Assembly: GCA_039714315.1 (NCBI GenBank)
Contig: JBDLJM010000031.1
Location: forward strand, 1-24,840
DNA length: 24,840 bases
Source of the DNA: Bacteroidota bacterium
GTDB lineage: Bacteria > Bacteroidota > Bacteroidia > Flavobacteriales > JADGDT01
Direction of reading: 5' to 3'
Part shown: positions 18,464 to 24,840 of the stretch, one piece after another
Numbering within the stretch: the stretch's first letter is position 1
How the letters are laid out: every line of letters starts with the position of its first letter
The notes under the pieces: model-generated
Database searches by the model: none
The model's input: the letters and a program-made list of their open reading frames with translations, nothing else
Told to the model about the DNA's origin: nothing
Translations under genes and position numbers: made by a program

Positions 18464-18508
18464 AAGCGATAGCGCATGCCTGCCTGACGGTAGGCATTAG
18501 CTACGCTT
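18464..18508 (+). other. about 45-nt imperfect GC-rich hairpin in the sulfurtransferase-to-psrA intergenic region
   Basis: Core stem ATGCCTGCC (18476-18484) / GGTAGGCAT (18489-18497) with loop TGAC. An outer helix AAGCG(A)TAGC / GCTACGCTT adds to it. There is no downstream T-tract. Confidence 0.4.
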
Positions 18509-18539
18509 GGGTCGATATGAAGACATTAAATAACTAATT

Positions 18540-20762
18540 ATGCAAAGCAGAAGGAAATTTATAAAAATATCATCCGCAGGTGCAGGTTCAATGATGTTAC
18601 CACTTTCGTTTCCGAATTTCTTTTCGGACAATGAAGAAGATGTTTCAAAATTTAAAAAAATACCTACCTACTGCGAAGTCTGCTTTTGGAAATGTGCAGG
18701 ATGGGCTTACGTAGATAATAAAGGTGATATCAGGAAAATAGTAGGGAACAAATTCGACCCTCATTCAAACGGTCGTTTCTGCCCTCGTGGAACCGGAGGA
18801 GTTGGCATGTACAACGATCCCGACAGGCTTAAGCAGCCTATGATGCGAAAAACTATAAACGGCGAACAAAAATTCGTTAATGTTTCATGGAATGAAGCCT
18901 TAGACTTTATAGCGCAAAAAATGAAAGATATAAAAGCTGAACACGGAGCCGAAAGTTTAGCTTTATTCAATCACGGCTCCGGAGGTAAACATTTTGGAAC
19001 ACTTATCAAAGCGTTCGGATCTACAAACATTACTGCTCCATCATATGCTCAGTGTAAAGGTCCGCGTGAAGAAGCTTTCAAGGCTACTTTTGGCAAATCC
19101 GTTGGATCGCCGGAACCTGCCGATATAATCAATACCGATTGCCTGGTTCTTTTGGGAAATCATATAGGTGAAAATATGCACAACAACCTTGTGCAGGAAG
19201 TAGCAGATATTCAGGATAGAAAGGCTACGATTATTACCGTTGACCCCCGACTATCAACAATAGCTTCTCATTCGAAATATTGGCTGCCAATAAAACCATC
19301 AACAGACCTTGCTCTTTTACTGGCATGGATAAATGTTATTATCGAAAGAGGTATTTACGATAAAGATTATGTTGAGAAATATGCTACCGGTTTCGATGAA
19401 CTAAAAAATCACGTAGCACAATACACTCCGGAATGGGCTGAGAAAATAACTGAAATTCCTGCTGAAAAAATCAAAAAAACAGCCTGGGAAATGGCTCAGG
19501 CAGCACCAAAAGTTATTATTCACCCCGGTAGACACGTTACATGGTATGGTGATGACACCCAACGCTTGAGAGCTATTGCTATTCTTAATGCGATACTTGG
19601 ATCATACGGCCGCGAAGGAGGTTTTTACCTTCCAAACAAAGGTAAATTACCGAAAATGCCACATCCGGCGTTTCCAAAACCAAAATGGAGCTGGAAAGAA
19701 ATGATGGGCGACAAATACTCACATGCACATTATTCTGTAGCAAACGCATTTATCGATGCAACGCATCCCGACAATAAAGGAGAGCACAAACTTAAAGGAT
19801 GGTTCGCAGTTGGAACAAACCTCACAACAACTATCCCTGATCAGAAACGCACTTTAGAAGCAATTGACAATCTTGATCTCTTTGTTGTAGTCGACACCAT
19901 GCCGGCTGAAATTTGTGGTTATGCCGATGTTATTCTTCCTGAGTGTACTTATCTGGAAAGATGTGATCACCCTAGAATATCACCTCATCGTGAAGCTAAT
20001 TTTGCAGTGAGAATGCCGGCGGCAAAACCTAAATATTTAACTAAACCAGCTTCATGGATGGTTAAAAAATTAGGCAATAGGTTAGGGTTACAGGATTACT
20101 TCCCTTACGATGATTTTTCTGAAGTAATAGATTGGCAATTACGCCAAATCGGTTCTTCTTTAACAGATATGAAACAAAGGGGCGTAAAACTTCAGCCAAA
20201 ATTAAACCACGATTTATTTATAAAAAATGGTGAAGATTACAAATTCAAAACTGCATCAGGCAAGATTGAACTTTATGCTCACTCACTAGAGGAAAAGGGA
20301 TTTGATCCTCTCCCGGTTTATACTGAACATGAAAAACCTGCTAAAGGTTTTTACAGATTAAACTACGGTAGAGCGCCAATGCACACCTTTACCCGCACTA
20401 CAAACAATCCAAATCTTACCGATTTGATGGACACAAATAATCTTTGGGTAAATTCAATTACCGCAAGAGAAAATAATCTGAAAAACGGGCAGGAAGTTTG
20501 GTTGAAAAACCAAGACGGCATTGTTTCTACTTTCTCTATTAACGTCAGAGTTACAGAACGTATCAGGCCCGACATGGTATATATGATACATGGTTTTGGA
20601 CGAAACAACAAGATGCTTGAAAACTCGTACGGAAAAGGAATTTCAGATTCAGAATTAATAACAAACGTGAAGATTGATCCGGTTATGGGTGGCACAGGTA
20701 TGCGTGCTAACTTCGTAACTTTCATCACCGAACAACCAAGAAAGGAGGAAGCAGCAGTATGA
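18540..20762 (+). CDS. molybdopterin (bis-MGD) oxidoreductase catalytic subunit, polysulfide/thiosulfate reductase chain A-like
   Basis: 740 aa. Twin-arginine signal 'SRRKFIKISSAGAGSMM'. N-terminal [4Fe-4S] motif C-x2-C-x3-C-x26-C ('CEVCFWKCAG...RFCPRG'). Size and partners match PsrA/PhsA and do not match TtrA or DmsA. Confidence 0.8.
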   Translation: MQSRRKFIKISSAGAGSMMLPLSFPNFFSDNEEDVSKFKKIPTYCEVCFWKCAGWAYVDNKGDIRKIVGNKFDPHSNGRFCPRGTGGVGMYNDPDRLKQPMMRKTINGEQKFVNVSWNEALDFIAQKMKDIKAEHGAESLALFNHGSGGKHFGTLIKAFGSTNITAPSYAQCKGPREEAFKATFGKSVGSPEPADIINTDCLVLLGNHIGENMHNNLVQEVADIQDRKATIITVDPRLSTIASHSKYWLPIKPSTDLALLLAWINVIIERGIYDKDYVEKYATGFDELKNHVAQYTPEWAEKITEIPAEKIKKTAWEMAQAAPKVIIHPGRHVTWYGDDTQRLRAIAILNAILGSYGREGGFYLPNKGKLPKMPHPAFPKPKWSWKEMMGDKYSHAHYSVANAFIDATHPDNKGEHKLKGWFAVGTNLTTTIPDQKRTLEAIDNLDLFVVVDTMPAEICGYADVILPECTYLERCDHPRISPHREANFAVRMPAAKPKYLTKPASWMVKKLGNRLGLQDYFPYDDFSEVIDWQLRQIGSSLTDMKQRGVKLQPKLNHDLFIKNGEDYKFKTASGKIELYAHSLEEKGFDPLPVYTEHEKPAKGFYRLNYGRAPMHTFTRTTNNPNLTDLMDTNNLWVNSITARENNLKNGQEVWLKNQDGIVSTFSINVRVTERIRPDMVYMIHGFGRNNKMLENSYGKGISDSELITNVKIDPVMGGTGMRANFVTFITEQPRKEEAAV

Positions 20763-20847
20763 AATCTATATTAAAACAATCCCATTTTATAAAGATAGAA
20801 TTCAATATGTCGATTCCATGTGACCATAACATAAAAATTATTAGCAC

Positions 20848-21381
20848 ATGAGATATGCAATGGCTATAGATACGCTAAAATGCGTAGGATGCAGCGACTG
20901 TGTAGTTGCTTGCCAAACAGAAAACAATGTCCCACAGGGATATTGCAGAGACTGGGTAAAAGAAACCGTAAATGGTTTATACCCATCTGTTGAGCTTGAA
21001 TACAGATCCGAAAGGTGTAATCAATGCGAGAACACTCCTTGTGTAAGAACCTGCCCTACCGGAGCTAGTTTTGTTTCGGATGGTGGAATAGTTTTGGTTG
21101 ATTCTGACAAATGTATAGGATGTGGTGCCTGTATAGAATCGTGTCCATACGACGCACGGTATTTTCACACTGATGGAACTGTGGATAAATGTACTTTCTG
21201 TCATCACAGAGTTAGTGAGGGCAAAGATCCGGCTTGTGTGAGTGTATGTCCTACTAAGTGCATGTATTTCGGCGATATGGATGATCCGGAAAGTGATGTA
21301 TCAATAGCTCTTAAAAACAGGAGTTACAAAACATTAGCACCGGAAACCGGAACTAAACCTCAGGTATATTATTTGGTTTAA
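20848..21381 (+). CDS. 4Fe-4S ferredoxin-type electron-transfer subunit (PsrB/PhsB-like)
   Basis: 177 aa with four Cys clusters: 'CVGCSDCVVAC', 'CNQCENTPCVRTCP', 'CIGCGACIESCP' and 'CTFCHHR...CVSVCP'. Confidence 0.85.
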   Translation: MRYAMAIDTLKCVGCSDCVVACQTENNVPQGYCRDWVKETVNGLYPSVELEYRSERCNQCENTPCVRTCPTGASFVSDGGIVLVDSDKCIGCGACIESCPYDARYFHTDGTVDKCTFCHHRVSEGKDPACVSVCPTKCMYFGDMDDPESDVSIALKNRSYKTLAPETGTKPQVYYLV

Positions 21382-21451
21382 TCAGATATTAGACATGAGA
21401 AGGTAAATTAAAGGTTTATCATCTGAAGTCGAGAATCTAAAGTCTAAAAAA

Positions 21452-22393
21452 ATGAAAGAAGAAATAATAATTAGCGGACGGAATAACCATCTCATAGACC
21501 CCGTACTAAATGTTTGGCATTGGGAAATACCGGCTTATCTGTTCCTGGGAGGATTGTCGGCAGGAATACTTTTCTTTGCCGCATTCTACCATCTGCGATA
21601 TCCAAACAAAGCTATCTCAGACACATTAAAAAAAGCAGTAATGTTGACTCCTATATTTTTGGTTTTGGGATTAGGAGTATTAATGCTCGATTTAAAAAAC
21701 CCGCTTATGTCGTGGAGACTATACACCAGTTTTAGTATAGAGTCACCGATGAGTTGGGGCGCCTGGACTTTGATGCTGGTTGTTCCCCTATCCTTTATGT
21801 GGAGTTTTGTAATGGTAAAAGATATTTTTCCAAATGTAAAATGGCCGTTTGCCTTTATAGACACATTAGAAGAATTCCTAAAGTCTAAATGTAGAATTAT
21901 GGCGTGGATATTACTAATATTCTCGATCATCCTGGGTATTTACACCGGTATTTTACTATCGGCATTTAATGCCCGTCCGTTCTGGAGTAACCCTATCTTA
22001 GGTCCTTTATTTTTAGTATCCGGTATGTCTACAGCAGCGGCTTTAATTACCTGGTTAAGTAAAGATCACGAAGAAATCAGAAAGTTTACACGTATTGATT
22101 TATGGTTGATTTCGGTAGAGATTTTTATGATAATACATGTATTTATGGGCATGCTTGCCGGAACACAGCTACAAATAGAAGGTATAGGAATGTTTTTGGG
22201 AGGAGAATACACATACATATTCTTTGGCGGTGTAATAATTTTAGGCTTATTACTCCCGGCATTATTGGAATTACTGGAGATGTATGGCAAAAAGATCCCT
22301 GCATTTATTCCTGCTATAATGATACTGATCGGAGGATTAATTTTCAGAATAGTTATGGTTGAAGCAGGGCAAGTAAGTTCCGTGATTTATTAA
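21452..22393 (+). CDS. NrfD/PsrC family polysulfide-reductase-type membrane anchor
   Basis: 313 aa with about 8 predicted TM helices. N-terminal 'WHWEIPAYLFLGGLSAG' is typical of NrfD/PsrC quinol-interacting anchors. It directly follows the FeS subunit. Confidence 0.75.
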   Translation: MKEEIIISGRNNHLIDPVLNVWHWEIPAYLFLGGLSAGILFFAAFYHLRYPNKAISDTLKKAVMLTPIFLVLGLGVLMLDLKNPLMSWRLYTSFSIESPMSWGAWTLMLVVPLSFMWSFVMVKDIFPNVKWPFAFIDTLEEFLKSKCRIMAWILLIFSIILGIYTGILLSAFNARPFWSNPILGPLFLVSGMSTAAALITWLSKDHEEIRKFTRIDLWLISVEIFMIIHVFMGMLAGTQLQIEGIGMFLGGEYTYIFFGGVIILGLLLPALLELLEMYGKKIPAFIPAIMILIGGLIFRIVMVEAGQVSSVIY

Positions 22394-22487
22394 CCCGAGT
22401 TATACCAATTAAAATTCAAAATGATCGATGTGAATCATTTTGATTTCAAATAGGTATTAGATTGTGTTGAATTAATATTTTTTATGA

Positions 22488-22530
22488 AAAAGCTCCCAAA
22501 CAGAATATTGTTGGGAGCTTTTAATTTTTA
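22488..22530. terminator. bidirectional terminator between psrC-like and flotillin genes
   Basis: Stem AAAGCTCCCAA (22489-22499) / TTGGGAGCTTT (22511-22521) with an 11-nt loop. A/T runs lie on both sides. Confidence 0.7.
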
Positions 22531-22544
22531 CAAAACCTTATTTA

Positions 22545-24152
22545 TTAATTTTCATCAATAACTTCCTCTATAAGTTCAGACTCTACATTTCCTGCTTCCT
22601 TTTTACCCAAATATTCAGGTAATTCCATCCCGGCCATTTTAAACAGCTCTTCAAATGGAGGTACAGATCCAAGCATTCCCGAAAGGAACTTTGCAGATGT
22701 TGGAGAATCTCCGTTACTACCCATATTATCCCAAACAGTAATCTTGTCGATTTTAAGATTTTTAACAGCTTCCACCTGTGCTTTTACAAGCTCCGGCAAC
22801 TTATCGGCGATCATAATCTTAACTGCATCATTTGGATTATTTCCTGCAGCTCTCACTATCGCTTCGAAACCTTCGGCCTGCTTACTTAAAATTTCATACT
22901 GACCTTTACCTTCGGCAGCCATTTTAGCATAAATTGCATCAGCCTCTCCCTTCGCTATAGCTCTTTTTTGCTCAGCAATAGCTTCGGCATCAATTGTAAC
23001 TTTTTCCTTATCAATTTGCGCAGGCACAACAACATCAGCCTTTCTGGTGGCAAGTTCTTTATCTGCTCTCGAAATCTCAGCTTCTTCCTCAGCCTTATAA
23101 GCCTCTTCCAAAGCCTTAGCTCTTGACACCTTTTCGGCTGCAATTGCTTTTCTCTCAGCTTCCGCTTCTCTTTCTCTACGGCTTGCATCAGACACGGCAA
23201 CTTTTACCTTCGATGAATTCTCCCCATCTACGGCAGTTGCATTGGCTTCGGCCACCTGTATTCTTTCTGTTTTATGAGCTTCAGCTTCACCGATCTTAGC
23301 TTGCGCTACTGCACCCGAAATTTGTACTCTTTCTTTTTGACTGGCTTCTGCTTCTCCAATTTTTGCTTCTGCTATCGATGCCGCAACCCTTATCCTTTCT
23401 TTTTGATCAGCTTCCGCTTCACCAATTTTAGCATCAGCATTAGCATCAGATACTTTTACCCTTTGCTGCTGATGAGCAATTGCCTGCCCAATTTCACCAT
23501 CTCTGTTTTTCTCAGCTACAGAGTGTTTTGCATCATTTATTGCCTTTGCAGCAGCTTCTTTACCCAAAGCTTCGATATAACCGGATTCGTCATTGATATC
23601 CGTAACGTTTACGTTTATCAACTTCAAACCAATCTTCTTAAGTTCTGCTTCCACATTTGATGAAACAGCATCTAAGAATTTATCCCTGTTATTGTTGATT
23701 TCTTCAATATCCATTGTAGCAACAACAAGACGTAACTGACCAAAAATAATATCTTTTGCAAGGTTGCTGATATCGTCCTGCGACAATCCTAATAAACGCT
23801 CTGCAGCATTGTTCATTATCGAAGGTTCTGTTGAAACACCTACAGTAAATCTTGAAGGTACATCAACACGGATATTTTGCTTACTCAGTGCATTTGTAAG
23901 GTTAATTTCAATTGAGATTGGGGTAAGATCCAAAAAAGCATAATCCTGTATTACCGGCCAAATGAACGACGCACCACCATGGATACATTTTGACGACCTT
24001 GCCTGAGCATTGTCATCCTTGCCAATTTTACCGAAAACAACCATTATACTGTCCGAAGGACAACGCTTATAACGCTTAACAAGTGATACTATCAGCAAAA
24101 AGACAAATCCAATTGCTACAGCTGTCACAATTAACATCGATTCTATATTCAT
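22545..24152 (-). CDS. flotillin / SPFH (band-7) family protein, YqiK-like
   Basis: 535 aa. N-terminal TM segment, then an SPFH domain, then a long Ala/Glu-rich coiled coil with three ~22-aa repeats 'AKIGEAEA.QKERI.V'. Confidence 0.8.
   Translation of the reverse strand: MNIESMLIVTAVAIGFVFLLIVSLVKRYKRCPSDSIMVVFGKIGKDDNAQARSSKCIHGGASFIWPVIQDYAFLDLTPISIEINLTNALSKQNIRVDVPSRFTVGVSTEPSIMNNAAERLLGLSQDDISNLAKDIIFGQLRLVVATMDIEEINNNRDKFLDAVSSNVEAELKKIGLKLINVNVTDINDESGYIEALGKEAAAKAINDAKHSVAEKNRDGEIGQAIAHQQQRVKVSDANADAKIGEAEADQKERIRVAASIAEAKIGEAEASQKERVQISGAVAQAKIGEAEAHKTERIQVAEANATAVDGENSSKVKVAVSDASRREREAEAERKAIAAEKVSRAKALEEAYKAEEEAEISRADKELATRKADVVVPAQIDKEKVTIDAEAIAEQKRAIAKGEADAIYAKMAAEGKGQYEILSKQAEGFEAIVRAAGNNPNDAVKIMIADKLPELVKAQVEAVKNLKIDKITVWDNMGSNGDSPTSAKFLSGMLGSVPPFEELFKMAGMELPEYLGKKEAGNVESELIEEVIDEN
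23275..23470. repeat. three imperfect ~66-nt tandem repeats within the flotillin CDS (coding EA-rich heptad repeats)
   Basis: Units are roughly 23275-23338, 23339-23404 and 23405-23468. Each encodes one '(A)KIGEAEAxQKERIxV' block. Confidence 0.6.
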
Positions 24153-24169
24153 ATTTATATTAGGTTAAT

Positions 24170-24742
24170 TTATTTACTATCTGAAACTATTAAAATATCA
24201 CTGTCATTAACATCAACAACAGTTACAATCGTTCCGGTTATAAGCTCAGCAGAGTCATTGGTAATAGCATCTAGAGTCTTCAGCCCCTGAACATCAATTT
24301 GAATTTTCCCGACTCCTTCCATTTTAGCAGGAATGGTTAAATATACAATCCCTGTTTTGTATATAGCATTTCTGATTTTCCATGTTCCATCTTCGGTAAG
24401 TTTCGACATCGAATAAACTATATACGCCATAATGAACATCATTATAAGACCACTGACAACAGATAAAACGACAGTTAAAAAATTCCCGAGATTAGAATGT
24501 ATCCCTGCAATTCCTGTCCATGAAAAAACTGTAAGAAAAGCTATAAAGTTTTTAAGAGTGAGAAACTGAAATCCAACTCCTCCATCTATATCTGAATCCG
24601 TATCCAAATCATCAACATCACCGCCAATGAGAGTTAAAATAACCTGAAATATAAACACTATAGTAAAGGGAAATGCAATATACCAGTAAACACGTTCAAA
24701 TAATGGCATAGAAGCATACCAATCGGAGAGTGAAAGTATCAT
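24170..24742 (-). CDS. NfeD-like / YqiJ-like membrane protein (flotillin-associated, OB-fold C-terminus)
   Basis: 190 aa. N-terminal TM helices, acidic 'DVDDLDTDSDIDGG', further TM segments, and a C-terminal beta-rich soluble domain. Its stop is 18 nt upstream of the flotillin start, the classic yqiJ-yqiK arrangement. Confidence 0.65.
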   Translation of the reverse strand: MILSLSDWYASMPLFERVYWYIAFPFTIVFIFQVILTLIGGDVDDLDTDSDIDGGVGFQFLTLKNFIAFLTVFSWTGIAGIHSNLGNFLTVVLSVVSGLIMMFIMAYIVYSMSKLTEDGTWKIRNAIYKTGIVYLTIPAKMEGVGKIQIDVQGLKTLDAITNDSAELITGTIVTVVDVNDSDILIVSDSK

Positions 24743-24840
24743 AGTCTAAGAGTTTTTTAGTTTAATTGGGGCTACTAAAATAACAAAAAGAATCATTTAT
24801 CTAAAGATTCTCATATCTTTTTTTTGGCGCTATTTCCGGC

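Noticed and set aside
18439-18539. Possible Moco (molybdenum-cofactor) riboswitch upstream of the molybdoenzyme gene
   Set aside because: The region is only about 100 nt and I cannot recognise the conserved Moco-motif core. The observed structure is a single long hairpin, reported separately as an unexplained element.
22418-22441. AAAATGAT-N8-ATCATTTT inverted repeat downstream of psrC
   Set aside because: It is an AT-only, weak stem in a convergent 3' region next to a proper terminator. It is likely fortuitous.
1691-23660. Many 60-130 aa ORFs in the track that sit inside, and in another frame of or antisense to, well-supported genes. Examples: 1691-1876, 2370-2564, 2722-2904, 4884-5141, 6405-6680, 7074-7274, 9434-9769, 10203-10397, 12443-12640, 14155-14424, 15800-16066, 17043-17393, 17511-17717, 17955-18161, 18761-18970, 20363-20728, 20977-21207, 21514-21735, 21586-21930, 22066-22290, 22102-22362, 22955-23200 and 23274-23660.
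   Set aside because: Each overlaps a CDS with strong family-level evidence. The translations are low-complexity or basic stretches typical of spurious ORFs.
1-24840. tRNA or rRNA genes, CRISPR arrays, transposases, integrases, and toxin-antitoxin or defense-system signatures
   Set aside because: I saw no cloverleaf-compatible GTTCGAATCC-type T-arm outside a CDS. There are no regularly spaced direct repeats and no DDE, integrase or nuclease-domain ORFs. The window appears free of mobile or defense elements.

Overview
The window is 24.8 kb of low-GC (about one-third GC) bacterial chromosome that looks like Bacteroidota. Support for this: no Shine-Dalgarno sequences, TAnnTTTG-type -7 promoter boxes, acpP-fabF-rnc synteny, an IPExxxVDY-like gene fused to pyk, a FeoB-associated Cys-rich mini-protein, and lipoprotein signal peptides. 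Coding density is high, with one exception: an ORF-free stretch of about 970 bp before feoA. From the left the window contains the 3' end of a TIGR01212-type radical-SAM gene, an outer-membrane beta-barrel protein, a HupE/UreJ membrane protein, an ALDH7-like aldehyde dehydrogenase, a secreted LRR-like protein, feoA-feoB plus a 59-aa Cys-rich peptide, acpP-fabF-rnc, an IPExxxVDY-like gene with pyruvate kinase, an FNR-type regulator, and a yqiJ/yqiK-like NfeD-flotillin operon. The most coherent accessory module lies at about 13.85-22.4 kb. An FNR-like [4Fe-4S]-type regulator is transcribed divergently from three secreted or lipoprotein rhodanese-domain sulfurtransferases (one with a C-terminal Cys arm) and a dedicated outer-membrane porin. 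These are followed by a Tat-dependent molybdopterin oxidoreductase, a four-cluster ferredoxin and an NrfD/PsrC membrane anchor (PsrABC/PhsABC-like). I read this as an anaerobically regulated sulfur-relay locus feeding a polysulfide or thiosulfate reductase; the reading is inferential. Several rho-independent terminators and two unusual GC-rich palindromic hairpins punctuate the locus. I saw no tRNA or rRNA genes, no CRISPR array, and no transposase or integrase.
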